A program made the translations under genes and the position numbers. DNA of 64,000 nucleotides from the NCBI GenBank assembly GCA_012295275.1, contig CM022674.1:6696001-6760000 (forward strand). Reading direction: 5' to 3'. The DNA is from Chrysomallon squamiferum. Taxonomy: Eukaryota; Animalia; Mollusca. This document shows, piece after piece, positions 1 to 41,230 of the stretch. Under the pieces are notes generated by a model. The model ran no database searches. It had not been told where the DNA came from and saw nothing but the letters and a program-made list of their open reading frames with translations. Every line of letters begins with the position of its first letter. Within the stretch, counting starts at the first letter, position 1.

Positions 1-11
1 ATTCTACAAAC

Positions 12-3000
12 CTGAAGAAGAAACACCATCGACAACTTGCAAATCTTGTTTTAATGCCAAACCTGACACTGAAAGTAAGACCACAATTCCTCTGACAGAT
101 ATATTTATTTAAAAAAAATAAAATATATATATGTATATATAAATTAAAAAAATTAATAAATACATTTTAAATTACTAGGATCAGTTTAATCCAAGAGACA
201 CAAAAGCGAGCACTGAGATGTATCTTCTATGAAGCAAAGTGAATAACTTATAAAAAAAACTTTCGGTTCTGTAACAAAGATACCTATCTCAGGATCTGTC
301 AACAGAATTAATGTTTAATGACATCTCAGCATAAGATTGTATCTGTTATGTGTCTTTTATGAGGTAAATAAATTATTGATATAAAGGAAACTGATGACAA
401 GCAATAATAATATTGTAAAAACAACGTTCTACATCAGTGACAAAGGTAAGCATAAAAATTACAGTTACTGTTTTTGAAATGATTTGTAAACAAAAGATTA
501 CTTCTCAGAAACTAAAATGACTGAAGGCTAAAACTGAAAGCTCTGTTACTTCATAAATTACAACACTGTGTTAGCAGAAACACAGTAACTGAAACGAAAT
601 ATTCAAAACTGAAATATTCGTAAACAAATATTAATATAATATGAAACAAATTTAAAATTATTATTTGTATTATTAAAGAAAAAAAGAAGCAGACAATCAA
701 ACAGAAAAAATAATAACAGTAGCACTATAATTTTACATTAATGCAAAACATAAAAAGTAAAAATAATATTAATAACTTAAAGAAACAAAATATAGCAAAT
801 AATTTTTTTTTTTTTGATATATATTTGGTGCTGGGAAATGCTAACAAAAAATGCAAAAAACAAAATTACCATTTTTACCTTCCATCAAGGTTGAAGCAAG
901 GTCACCACTAGGAGTACTGACATTTTCTTCCAGCCAGTTAGAAAGAGCCTCTTTCTGAGCCAGAAATTGTACTCTTAGCCACTCCTAGAAACACCAATAC
1001 AAACACCTCACATTATTATTATTCTTATTATTATTATAAAACAAAATATAATGATGCTTTGTCTGAAGATATTAACAGATATGCTGTAATGCATATTAAA
1101 GGTAAATCGAAGTTATTATCCTTAATGAAATTTTATCTATAATGGTGAAAAATAGGATACGGAAGAAAGGATGAGTCTGGTTATTATAAAGACAGAGGTG
1201 TAGGGAGACAGAGAGAAATCAATAAGAAAGATAAAAAGTACTAGAAGAAATACAAAAGAAGAAAAGAAGAAAGCACAGCTGAAAAGTAGAACCAAAATGA
1301 TTGGTAATTACCTTTCTTACTTAATTACTTAAATGTTATGGATTCAAATATTTTTTATGGAAATGATTCGAAAATAGTGTTCTTACTTAAGTAATTAAAA
1401 TCTGACAAAATTTTATTGGAAAATACTTTTCTTACTTAAATTTTTTTTTTAAATGTACAACTTTTTATTACTTAAGTTAAGTAATAAAAAGTTGAACATT
1501 TAAAAAAATTATTTCAAAGCATTACTAGATCTTTTTTAAAAGGTGTTAAAGCTGACTAATACATTTCTTGTAATGTAAAGCAACTTAAAAAGTCAAAACT
1601 AGATTTTAATCAAAGAGGTTATGTTTTGGGATAACTATACTTCTATATTAATCTATAAAAACATGTTTTAATAAAAAAAATATAATAAAAAAAATAATTA
1701 TAAAAATAACAATAATAAAAATAATTAATAATATTAATAATAACAATGATGATGATGATGATGATTATTATTACAATTATAATTATAAAAATAAAATTAT
1801 ATAATAATAATAATAGTAATAATATTAATTACAACAATAAGAACAAAAATAATAATAACAGTAATAATAATATTAATGATAACAATAACAATAATAATAT
1901 TACTGTTTCTGGCATACGAATCTTCCTTGCAGCTTTTCTCACGGTAGAAAGAATTCTTTCCATAGCTTGAGACTCTGGTACATAATCATTCATCCACGAA
2001 AAGTCAGGTATGTACTCCTTTAGTTCTTTGTATTTCTGAAATTAGCAAGAAAAACTAAAATGATATCCACCATGTTACTGATGCAATTAACATAACTCGT
2101 ATTAAGTAAATTTATATTCTATGAAAATTAATTATTAAATGATTATCAACTATGTTACTGATGTAATTAAAGTAACTGTATTAAATAAGTTAATACTCTA
2201 TGAAAATAAAACATTCAGAACAGAGATGAAACACTGAAAGATGTGATTTTATTACAGATACACATTAAAATGACTCAATAAATCTGAATCATGCATCCAA
2301 ATTATAGATTGTTTTATCTTTATTAAAAAATATTTCAACATTAATAATAAAACAAAGGAAATAAACTAATAAAAATAACTAAATATATTTATTAAAATAT
2401 TTTTGTTCCAATGGAACATTTGGATGGATGATACATTAACTGATATACAGTTTACTGCTAAGTATACACATCTTCAATACTGAAATAACCCCACCTAAAT
2501 TATAATTTATATATTTAATATTACTATTAATTAATGTAATAAGATGTTTAAAATTTGACTAAGACAATTCATAAATAAAAGTTACTGTATTTGCTGCGAC
2601 ACCTCCTCCTACTGCTCCTGTCAACAACAGATACCGGAGTCTCAAAAGCCGAGTAAGCTTAAGAGCTATGCTGCCTATCATAGACATCCCTCGAAAATTG
2701 CTTTTTAAAAGCAATGATGGTGTCCGAGGAGATACAGGCATCATTAAAACATGAAACATTCTCCGATTTGGATTCTGGTTCGACTGGAAACCAGGCTGTG
2801 GCATTCTGATATGTCCTGCTTGTGTAGTATATGCCTGAGTTGCTCGTAACATAATGACATCACTCTTTCCAAATTTCTTAGGTCTTCTCAAGAACAGGTA
2901 GATAGCTTTATGTGGTAAGCTGTCAAATGAACGCCGAGCACAATGGTCACAAATTGGACTGAAATAAGACATATTTATTTTTATATTATATTATGTATCG

Positions 3001-3538
3001 TGAACAATAACATACACATATACACTTTGTTACTTCCTGGAAAAAAATAACTTGCCAGATGAGTTATCTGAACATCCTGAACTCTAACATTTAAGTACTT
3101 TATTTAATTCAGTTGATCAGTTTCTTCTAGATCTTTCTAGAAATAAATATAATATGAATCACTAAATTACTGAACTTGGTCGCATTGGTTGATCTGAAAG
3201 TATACGAAATATAAATTATTTTTTATTGACAGGCCCAATGGGAAAACATTTTATTATTGTTTTTCTTAATGGTCTGATTTAAAGTCTGCAGACTAAAGAA
3301 ATCCCGATAGAAAACTGATTAAAAAGAGTACACTCAAATTACGTTTCGAAATTATTAACATTTAGTGTGACACACTGCCACTGCCACACCTGGAAATAAC
3401 GTAGGTTTTTTATTTTAAATGTTAAATGACATGGTTTAGATGTATCATGAAGAAATACAGAAATGATATTCAATCTAAGCTGCAAATTCCAGTAAATAAT
3501 ACATACCCAAAGTGGCCTCGTAGAACTAGCGCCAACAT
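12..3538 (-). CDS. OPA1: Dynamin-like 120 kDa mitochondrial GTPase OPA1, 5' part (continues off the left edge). Exons 3538-3507, 2958-2586, 2035-1904, 984-879, 62(or 68)-12
   Basis: GT-AG exons join in frame: MLALVLRGHFGPICDHCARR...RLLRLRYLLLTGAVGGGVAANT-KYKELKEYIPDFSWMNDYVP. This matches the OPA1 motif [33 protein letters not shown] after a basic mitochondrial presequence. The first coding exon is 32 nt, phase 2. The GTPase domain lies outside the window. Confidence 0.9.
1444..1508. repeat. Near-perfect palindrome in an OPA1 intron
   Basis: TTTTTTTAAATGTACAACTTTTTATTACTTAA-G-TTAAGTAATAAAAAGTTGAACATTTAAAAAAA: 32-bp arms with 1 mismatch. Confidence 0.9.
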
Positions 3539-3913
3539 AACTTCTTCCGACAGAAACTACGAAAATTATTAATCCGTCCTTCACATTTTCCTTCTGATGA
3601 AAGACGTAGAGCTGACAATTTAACAACCGGTGTTAGTTTCACACTCTGATATAGTTAGACATTTTAAAATTTCCAATAAATAACTATTTTAATATTCTAT
3701 ATTATAATTTTAAAATAGAAAACAAATAACTATTGATACATTCTTTTCGTTATTCAATGATACGGATCGGCGTTTTGTTAGGTTTTTAATTGAAGGGAGA
3801 TAATTCTACATTTACTAATTTGCCAAAGCTTTATTATATTTTATTTTATTTTAGTTCAGTTTTTGTATTTAATCCACTGAACTCGGCGAAACTTGAAATA
3901 AATTAAAATCACA
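3539..3913. promoter_or_regulatory. Bidirectional promoter / 5'UTR region shared by OPA1 and GTF2H2
   Basis: The divergent ATGs (3538 on -, 3914 on +) are separated by only 375 bp, and CpG is locally elevated. Confidence 0.75.
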
Positions 3914-13186
<9,273 letters not shown>

Positions 13187-14182
13187 CAGTTTAATTAACT
13201 CTGACAGTCACAAAGTTTTATAATCTTCACAGATCTCTGCATTTGTGTGTGTCTGTGTGTGTGTATGGGTTTTACATGAATCTCTTTCTGAAGAACCCAT
13301 TTTTAAAACACAAGATGACGGTTTCAAACACTAATGTTCAATTTATGGATCCTACTAACATCATTCCTACTTCAAATTCTCCTGCAGTTTGACACTTTGC
13401 TTGTACCATTGATGGTATCCTCCCATTTGTTACACATTCTGTTTGTCTCTGAATGAGCTGCTGAACATGTCCTCTATCCAACATACAGTAATAGACTCAC
13501 CTTCCCACTTGTTACACAATGAGCTTAGCCACAATTAAGAAACCGTAACAGGAATATAGATTCACACTCATAATCTAACGAATTTAGTCGTATAACACAA
13601 GAATGACATGAAACAGATGACATTTAGTAGACATGAACAATACAAGTAACACAAGGACATACACTGTTACTCCAGTGATCATTTAATCAGTATATAAAAA
13701 TGTTCAGCTAAGTTCAGCCAGTAACTGTTACACTAATATTATAGAGGTTTGCTTAGTCTCTGTGCTGACTGATTAACAAATGGGAGACAACCCCTGTAAG
13801 GACAATTTAGTAAGAACAATACACCAGGTACAGAGAAATTCTCAGGTGTATTCTAGCATTGTGCCTGTCAATCAGATATAAAACCTGGGTATCACCTACT
13901 TCTACTACAGTTCTGATTTTTTTGTGTCACTTCTGTAGTGAGGTGGCAAAATCTTTGATAATTTAAACTTTTAATTTGACCAGACTAACATTTGTAAAAT
14001 ATGTACATCATAAAAAAACTATTTATTTATAACTACATCCCAGAAATTCTGAAATGTCTAAATCATGTTTTAAAAAAATTAATACTAAAGTCAGACATGT
14101 TCTGGAGAAGTAAAATGATAAAAAAAAATAAGGTTTCCCTATTTTGTATTGAAAACAAATGTATGATTATCATGAATCATTA

Positions 14183-14188
14183 AATAAA
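14183..14188 (+). terminator. Candidate polyadenylation signal of GTF2H2
   Basis: AATAAA about 1 kb after the stop, followed by a GT/T-rich stretch. AATAAA is common in this AT-rich DNA, so the call is tentative. Confidence 0.35.
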
Positions 14189-15536
14189 AATTCTGGATAA
14201 ATAATGGTTTTGTTTAATTGAATAATTTTTTCATTATTATTTTTTTTAAGTCTGCATTAAAAAGAATTTTCTGAATTAATTAAAGTAATACTTTCATTTG
14301 AACAATCATGAGGCAGAATCATCTTTGCAGCTGTTAATTATAATTCAATAACAGATATTTTGCTGTGGTTATTTTGAAGATATTCTGCTATTTGCTGAAT
14401 GTAACAGATTTTTCTATTGGCTAAGCTGAGTGAACGAACCAATCGGAATGCAGAACTGATCTATTCAGCAGATGAGAACATGAAGATCTGCCTAGTTTCA
14501 ATTATTATTCACAGTCCTATTTAATTTCTTGTTACAATGGAAAGAAAAAACAAGTATTAACAGTGATAAATAAAAACAGAGAAATCACTTTCATGACCAA
14601 CACAACAATATACATATACATATACATACATATTTATTTTTAATCACTGCATTGTAATTAACAACATTAATATGTACAAAAATGAAAATATGTCATTATG
14701 CATATGTGAACTTTTAGGCCTTTTAAATATTGTAATAAATGTTTAGACAAGGAAATTTGCTATCCTTTCAATGGTATTGCTATAATACTTGAGAAATGTA
14801 TTATTGTATTCTTTTTTATTATTATTATTATTATTATTATCATCAACTATAGATATTTACTGAAGAAATAACAAATAATAATTTTAAATTTATATCTTCT
14901 GACCACTGGTCTGTTGTCTCCACTGGTCAGTTGTTGTTATGGTAATGAATTAATTACATTTGTGACTCGGAATTTTTTTATTTTTAGGAATATTTTAAAT
15001 TTAATTTAATAATGTCTTAATTTGTATGGTGTGTGGAAGAAACATATTACTTTAAATTTAGTTAATTTGAATTTTTTCATTTTTTTAAATAATTAATATA
15101 TTATATATATATATATATATTTATATATAAAGAATCAATGAAATAAATCTACACATGACAAAAATCAAAAATGACCATTTTTGTTAATACTAATTTAAAT
15201 TAATTTTCAGTCAACATAATATATAAAACATTAAGCATTACTGCAGACTTCATCGGGACATTTTGTATAAATATGTGCGTGTCTGTGTTAGCTTAATTAG
15301 TACACAACATATATTAATTTCCAAACACTAATAAATAATAGTTAAATTGTGCTGTAAACCTTTAGAAGTGTAAACAGGTAACTTAGTGAAAAACTATGAA
15401 TAAAATGTGAATATTATACCTCAGAATGTACAAATATAAAAATATATATAAACATTTTTTTTTTAATATCTATGGCAAAACAGTTCAAGGTTTAAATCCA
15501 GGCATTCATGCATCCAAATACTCACACAGAAATATT

Positions 15537-15580
<44 letters not shown>

Positions 15581-17400
15581 CACACACATACAAGCATACG
15601 CACACAGACATACATAAACATATATGCATATGCATACAAACAACACAAAAACAATAAACTTACAAACACTTGAATACTATTTAAAAGCAAAACAAATGAA
15701 CATTTGTGATCACAAACACATATAATACCTACATTACTTAAATACTTTAACATTTCAAATACAATATATAGTATTATTAATAAACTAGCTGTGCTTTTCT
15801 TACTAGAAATATTTCAAATACTCTACTGTAATTGTTTCAATCGTACAAAATAAATGCACACACACACACACAAACAGTACAAACATAAACAAAATAATAT
15901 GCATAGCAAATTGTCAAAAAATGAAATACTTAATGTAAAAAGAAAACAGAAAGAAAAGTTCACAGAGAAAAAACTGAATGAGAATATAACAGTGAGACAT
16001 TGTATTTAACAAAAAGATAAAAATAATAAATGAAGCAGTAAATGTTACATAAAGAAAACCAACATGAAGGATGGATTTGCAGAACAAAGAATGTTTTTTA
16101 AAATAATTTTTAATTTTTTTTATATAACATTTAAGATGTAAAAATACAGGCTGACTATCCTTTATTCCAAAAGCATGAAGCTGAAAATCTGCTGGAATTC
16201 TTCCAGTGCTGATGAAATCTTAAACCTTAGCTGGATTTGGTTCAATTTGATCCAGATTTTTTCTCAAATAATTCGTAGTACTTTTAATAGAATTGTAAGT
16301 GATGTTGAATTTTGTAATGGGTATTTTATTTTGATTGCCTAGAATAATACAAACCAGTCATAAATAATAATAAAAAAAAAAATTATAGGTGCAGTTTTCA
16401 TTTGCAGAAAAAAACCACATTAAAATATATATGTGTATTAAAGACTATATAATCTAAAAAAGCAGGAAATTCATGACATGATATATACTTTGTGCTATTT
16501 CACAAAAAGGAAAAAATATTAAAATTATTTTTGAGATAAAATATCAACATCACACCATTTTTTTGGTTTAGGCAATATCAATTGCTGGAGTTTTGGTAAA
16601 CACATTTACATTTTGCCATGGTAACCACTTCAGAGTAGGTAAGCAAAATGGCTGTGGTGAGTTGCATGCTGGGATAGGTCACATGAACTGATGAGATCAG
16701 TGAAAAGAAATAATTCAGTTAGACAACTTGAATGTTAGTAAATGTTAGATGAATATTAAAAATAAATACATCATTTTAAAAGACAGATAGATAGATAGAT
16801 AGATAGACAGACAGATAATAATAGTAAAGAGCTGAATATTCATTTTGCAAAAAAAAAAAACAAAACAAAAAATATACACAACCCCCCTCTCAGCTTTCCC
16901 CCTTTTCTATGATTAAAGCGTTTATTATAAATACTAATTCCAATGACCCTATTTTCATTAATACTAAACTGTGTATTCTGTATTATTTATGAAAGCACAA
17001 CTGGTGCATAAAATTAATAAAGTCTAAAATAATTAATTTCTTAAAGATCCAATAAAAATAAAAATGTGTATAATATTAAATTTGCTTGTATCTACAATGG
17101 TACTAAAACACATCTAAAGAAAACAAAGAAGAGCAAAAAGTAGTAATACTTTTATGCCTTATGTAGCAAGTGAAAAATATTTGATAATTTTTGTTTAAAG
17201 AAAAACAATTTATTTTCTTCAGAAATACTAAGAATCACATAACAATTTTTTTTTTTCCTTTGTAAAATGTTTCTTTTGTAAACATTTTTTATTTACAATT
17301 TTTTTTTTTATTATATATTATTACGGATATTGTTGATCTTTTTCTGGATATTATCGTTATACTATTTTTTTTTTTTATAGTTTTTTTTTTTTTTTTTTTT

Positions 17401-34975
<17,575 letters not shown>

Positions 34976-34992
34976 CAGAGAATCATGTATCT

Positions 34993-36100
34993 ATAAATAA
35001 ATAAATAAAGAATATTAATTGTATTTTTCAAACAAATTATAGAATAAAAAAATATATAAAATTAAACATAAAAAAAAACGTTTTATAAAATATTTTATTC
35101 TGCTCATTTAAATTTAAATGTTACTTTAGTTTTAAACTAATAAAAATGAGGTATTACCCATCTGAGAAATTTCCTTCAATTCAGTGACAATAAATCATTA
35201 AATATGATTTATAAAATCAAATGACATATTTTTTATTAATTTTTGTCATTTACAACTAAATACAATTTTCAAACAATGTATAGGGTGTTATTGTTTATTT
35301 ATTTATAAACTTCCGGTATTTTTTGGAGCTTTTGAACGGGTCAGTATTTTGAAAATTGTGCCATATTAATTTTGTCAAATCAATTTGTTAAAACGGAAAA
35401 AAAAATGTCTGCAGTCATAAAAAAGCTTGAATCTTCTTGGTTTTAGTGCATAATTATGGGTTGTATTTTACCTTATATCGATTTTTTTTATACTTACAAA
35501 ACCCCAACTTTAAAAATAAAAATACATATATCCGACTTCTACTTTCACATTTTTTAATTTTTTATTTGTTGATTTTATATTTGACTTAAGCGACTCAAGC
35601 TTAACTCAGTGAAAACAAAAAAAATGCCGATTATTCCCCTTTAAGTTATCATTTTGCGTAAACGAACTTGATAGTTTGTTCGCATCTGAGACTTCATTTA
35701 TATATTTTAAAATATATAATTGATGCTTAAAGATTGTGCAACATTTAATATTCTTATTTTTCTTATTCTTTCATTATTTTTATTACTGTATGAAATTAAA
35801 TGAGAAAGGAAACGTACCTGTACTTTATCTGTTATTATTTGGTAGCAACATCTCTCCTTAAGTTACAAGTTACAAACAAGACTAATATTTCAGTCTTGGG
35901 ATATTTATTTTATGGTTCTGCTGGGTGGATCCAGGATTCGGTTGAAATATATAGTTATTCCACAAACACAATTAATGAATTATGAATTCATTAAAATGTG
36001 CCAGTGTAAGTATTTCTGTTTAAAAAAAGTCGATAGTGCATATCTCCTGAATTGGTGCATAATTTCGCCATCCTTATAAAATTATTATTCTAAAACGGAA
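34993..36100. promoter_or_regulatory. Bidirectional promoter region between USP48 and the deoxynucleoside kinase, with an ETS-type motif ACTTCCGGT at 35309-35317
   Basis: The genes are divergent. The USP48 ATG exon has an upstream acceptor (34992-34991) and there is a candidate donor at 35157-35156, implying a non-coding first exon near 35158-35310. CCGGAAGT is the established ETS/GABP core. Confidence 0.6.
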
Positions 36101-36891
36101 ATGGATTATGTTTTATTAATGACGATTAAAATATTTTCTTATTCCGAAGCAAGAGTCAGAGGTGGGCTGATTATTGTGGAAGAAAATACTCAACAACACT
36201 TTCCTTTGGCGCGAGTTGTGAAAAAGAAAGTAGCGATATTTAAATCATGTTGGGTTCAAATAGTTTTCACTTTGGTTGGTTGTTTAATATTTCGTAATTA
36301 TTCTATTCAGTAGTCGAGATTCTTTATTTCTGTTATAACATTTCTGAAACAATTACTGAATTTCTGTAACTAATTCGAATATTTTTATTTTCGTTCTGTC
36401 ATTCATGCGCAAATACTGAAATAGCCAGTGGAAATGACGTGGATCGGGGTTGGGCGGACATTAATTAATTTATTTATATGAATAAAATAACAATTGATTT
36501 GTTTTAAAACAAATTAAGGTTTAGAAAATTATAACTATTTTTATTATTATTATTTATTTATATATTTTTAATCATATTACAGTATAAGCAAACAATAACA
36601 AAATTACGGGGTTTCATTCAGAATAATAATATTAATAATTATATATGATCTGGATAAATAAAACCAAATCTTCAATGTTGCAAGCACTTAGTTGAGTTGT
36701 GGGTTCTTTAAATGATCGACCATTTCCTAGCCAAGCATTTAATGGTTTGTTATAACTCATATTCATATGTATGTATGTATATATTACAAATTTCAATTTT
36801 AAGTTGGAGAGAAAACTAGTATGCAATCTAACCACTAATACATTTATTATCAATAAGCTCTACTGTCATTTATTTGTATAATTATTTTCAG

Positions 36892-39800
36892 AAGATCCTG
36901 CACTAACTGAAGTCAGACCAAAAAAATCATACAGAGTAAGTAGCATAAGTTTATTTAAGTTTAAAAAAAAAATATTATTATTATTATTATTTTGAAATTC
37001 ATGATATAATTTTTTTTATATATTATTTATTTAATTTTTATTATTTTTTTTTTTTTTTTCCCTCCTAGGTAGCTGTTGAGGGTAATATTGGAAGTGGAAA
37101 AACAACATTTCTTAATTATTTTAAAAATCATCCAAATGTGGAGGTAAACATTTATCAGATAATAAAACTTTTCTAAATTATACTCATTTTTATGTGTGAC
37201 AATATATTCATATAAAATTTTAAAGTATACATGGTCATAAATATGTGCATAATTTTTTTTTTTTTAATTTATGCATTTTAATCATTATTGTCATTATTGT
37301 TATTCCTTTTATTATTTTTTATTATTATTATTATTAAAACTACTACTACTTCTACTTCTACTTTTTTAATGTAGTTATTATTTTTATTATTATTATTATT
37401 ACTACTACTACTACTACTACTTTTTTGTTGTTATTGTTTTTTTATTGTTGTTGTTGTTGTTGTTGTTGTTATATAGCTGCTTCCTGAACCAGTAGAAAAA
37501 TGGAAATCAATTGGGGGCTTCAATAGTTTGGTAAGAAGTTAATGCAGTTATCTCCCTTAGTAAACTTGAGTTATATGTGTCTGATATATAACTAATATTA
37601 AATAAATACTGTTTTATTTTTATTATATTATTTAACATCAATCATCAGAATAAAAATTCTTTCAAAAAAAATTAGTTATTTTAACACATTATTTTTGGTT
37701 TGTTTATTTATTATTAGTTAATTTCACTCTTTTTATATTTTGACTAATATATACATCCATTAAAAAAATTTCCTTTTACAATAAAGAAAATATTTTTTAT
37801 TTTTAATTATAATTTTTTCTCTTATTCTCTAGGATTTGATGTACAAAGATGCTTCTAGATGGAGTTTTGCTTTCCAGTCTTATGTTACCCTGACAATGAT
37901 AGAACATCATCAAGCCATTAAGGTTTGTTCTGAATCTTTGTGGTTAAACCAAAATGTAAGATGTATTAGGTTATGTGTTCAAATCTCTGTGAATTTAATC
38001 CTTTTTTTTTTTTTTTTTTTTTTTGTTTGTTTGTTAAATTACATATTTGTTTTGCTGTGTGTGGAAAGTTGCTTATAAAAAGTTTCCTTTCTACTAATAA
38101 ATAATGAGAAACCTTTTAATGGGAATTTTTTTTTCTACTTATTTTTTATGAGTTTTATCAATATGTTTCAATGTAATTTAATTAGGTTTAAAAAATTGTG
38201 TTAAACTGACATATTAAATACATTATTAAATGGGATTTCTTTGTCTTCTTCTTCTTCTTTTTTCTTCTGTTTCTTCTTCTTCTTTTTCTTCTTCTTGTTC
38301 TTCCTGTTGTTATTACTGCTACACTTACAGATACAGTTACTACTACCACTACAACTACTATCACTACCACTGTTTGTTCTTCCATAACATCTTTTAATCC
38401 TTATTTGTATAATTATCCAAGAATATATTTTGTACAATTGCCACACATTATATTAATAATTTTTATTCAGTAAATTAATCAAACTGATTTTATTAATTTA
38501 AAAAAAAAATAAAAGATAAAATATTGATTGTTTGTTTTTAAAATGTGTTGTTGTTTTTGTATTAAGCTGTTTGTCATTTTCAGGTTCCTGGAAAAGTGAA
38601 AATGATAGAGAGATCAATTTACAGTGCACGACATTGTTTTATTGAAAATTTGAAAAGAGGGTAAACAAAAATAGTTCTGTATTTTCTGAAATTAAATAAT
38701 TGTGTTTATTTTGTATGTATGTATATGTTAGAGAGAGAAAGTGTTTTATTATTTAACAAATGTATTGTTTATCATTGTGTACAGGAAAAGTTTAAATCTA
38801 AGAAATCTAGAAAAATTTGTTAAATAGACATAGTAAATATGTTATTAAATATAATTTCTTCTTCGTCATCTTCTTCTTCTTATTATTATTATTAATATTA
38901 TTATATAAGTGCAGAAACATTTTATTTATGACTATATCTTTGGTATTGATACCTACTAGCTTAATTTGTTTTTATTTCTACTAATTCTAGGATTGCTAAA
39001 TTAATTTTAGTTTTATTAAAAATGACACTAATATTCTGAGATAGATATTTTTGTTTGTTTTCTTCTTCTTTTTTTTTCATTTTGGATTTAGATGATTATG
39101 GTGAGAATATTCATGTATTCATGAACTTTTTGTTGATTCTGACATCAGAAAGTTAAAAATTATGGGTTAAGGTGTTATACAAAATATATTATATGTGTGT
39201 ATGATATTTCAGAGGTCTGATGCCAGATATTGATTACAATATACTTCTACGGTGGCATGACTGGATTTATAAAAATGCTGATACTCATCTTGATCTGATA
39301 GGTAATCTATTAATTTTTTTAAATTTATTATTATTATTCTCAATATTTATTAATATTTGTATTATCGTAATTACTCCCATTAGTAATATTATTATCATCA
39401 GTATGATATTATTGTCATTACTATTAATATCATCATTATCATTATTATTTTATTATCAACATTATTATTTGTCTTATTTATTTCTAGGTGAAAAAATATG
39501 TATATATATATATATTTTTTGTTTTTATCTGTTTTAGTATATTCTACCAGTGTCATAAAGTTTAAAACTGTTTTTCTCAAGACTATTTTTCAAAACCAAA
39601 TAAAAGAACAAATATTTCTCTTTATTTATTTATATATATCAAAATATTTATTGTTATTGTTCTATTATTTTAATTTTATTTATTTTATTTAATTATATAA
39701 TTACTACATTTATTATTCATTTTATTATTATTGTTATTTTATTTCTATTTTTTTTATTTATTTATATTAATACATTTATTATTGTATTTGTTATGATTAT

Positions 39801-40939
39801 TTTAATTTAATTTAAATTAATTAATTTATATCATTAAAACATTTATTATTGTTATTGTTGTTACTATTATTTATATTCATTTATTTATTTATGTCATTAA
39901 TATATTTATTATTATTGTTATTGTTGTTGATACTATTATTTTTATTTTATTTATTTTATGTATTTATCATAGTTGTTATTTTTTTCAGTTTATTTATACA
40001 TTTATTAAGAAAACTATTTTCAGTTTATCTTCAAGTAAATCCAGAAATCTGCAAGAAAAGAATTCAACAAAGAAATCGGGAAGAAGAGCAGAGTGTACCC
40101 CTGGTAAAACAAAACACATTCAACCACAATTTAAACAAATCATGGCTGTTCCACAGATAAAAATAGGGGTGGCTGGGATGAATTTAACTAAAACACACAT
40201 GTATATTGATGTCGAAGTCATATCTGTTACAGGGGAACAAAATCTGTTATATCAGTTTTTCTAGAAAAATAAATCTCTTTAAGTTAGATGATGTTCGTCC
40301 TTAAAGTAAAAATTTATATTTTCATATGAAAAAAAGAATTAAAATATTTGTTTTCAGGAATATTTACAGTCTTTACACAATCTGCATGAAAACTGGCTGA
40401 TTGAAAAGAAATGTGGAGAGTTACCTGCCCCTGTTTTGGTGGATTGTTTTTCCTCTATTTTTTCTTTCTTTCTTTCTTTTTTATTTTATTCTGTTTATTT
40501 ATTTATTTATTTTTAGACTTATAGATATTAATAAAAAGTTAAAAAAAGTTCTTAAAAATTAAAATAATTTTTTTTTAAAAATGAAGCAGTAAAAGTATTT
40601 AATTTGTTAAAATTGATTTCTACAGTTTACCAAAGATATATTTGAAAGTAATTTTCTCCAAGAATCTTTAATTTTTTAATTTATTAATATTATTTTTATA
40701 TAATTATTTTTACTTTTTTCTTACATTGACCAAATAGAGGAAATTAAAAGAAGAAAGTAATTTATTTTTCATAAAGATTTATTTATTCATTAAATTACAT
40801 TATAAAATTACTTTGTTAAATTTAAAATTATTTTATTTTCTAGGTTATTAATGGAAATATAGACAAGACACTACTGAAAAAGGAAATTTTAAAACATGAA
40901 AATCAAATTCTGTGTGGTTTGGTTTCTGAGTGTAGTTAA
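36892..40939 (+). CDS. TK2: Deoxynucleoside kinase, TK2/Dm-dNK type. Exons 36892-36935, 37069-37143, 37477-37530, 37833-37922, 38584-38660, 39213-39301, 40024-40103, 40358-40438, 40844-40939. Start exon uncertain (best candidate 36101-36161)
   Basis: P-loop VAVEGNIGSGKTT; PEPVEKW; LMYKDASRWSFAFQSYVTLTM; ERSIYSARHCF; DLIVYL; lid RIQQRNREEE; YLQSLHNLHENWL. All introns are GT-AG with consistent phases. Confidence 0.92.
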
Positions 40940-41049
40940 CATTTATTTCAAAACAAACATTTTAACAAAACTGAAGTATTTAATAACTGAAAGAAAATTT
41001 TGAAAACTATTTATCAACTTGCTTAAGCTATTTCTGATCACACAACACA

Positions 41050-41230
41050 TATTTAATAATCATAGTTTATCTTAAGATATGAATTTTAATACTTCTTAAT
41101 TTAATAATCACTATTTATCTTAGATGAATTTAAATTATTGTTTAATCTAAAACCACTGTCTTGTAAGAGAAATTTTAATAGTCATTAATTTAATAATCAC
41201 TATTTATCTGACAAAATGATTTTTAATTGT
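41050..41230. repeat. Degenerate tandem repeat (about 40-50-bp units) in the kinase 3'UTR
   Basis: ATTTAATAATCAnnnTTTATCT recurs at about 41051, 41099 and 41188. Confidence 0.65.

Noticed and set aside
2959-2972. ORF-track Met at 2972 as the OPA1 start
   Set aside because: It lies within the acceptor region. The upstream 32-nt exon 3538-3507 joins in the correct phase.
13337-13484. About 48-codon minus-strand ORF in the GTF2H2 3'UTR
   Set aside because: It is short, shows no recognisable homology and has no consistent exon structure.
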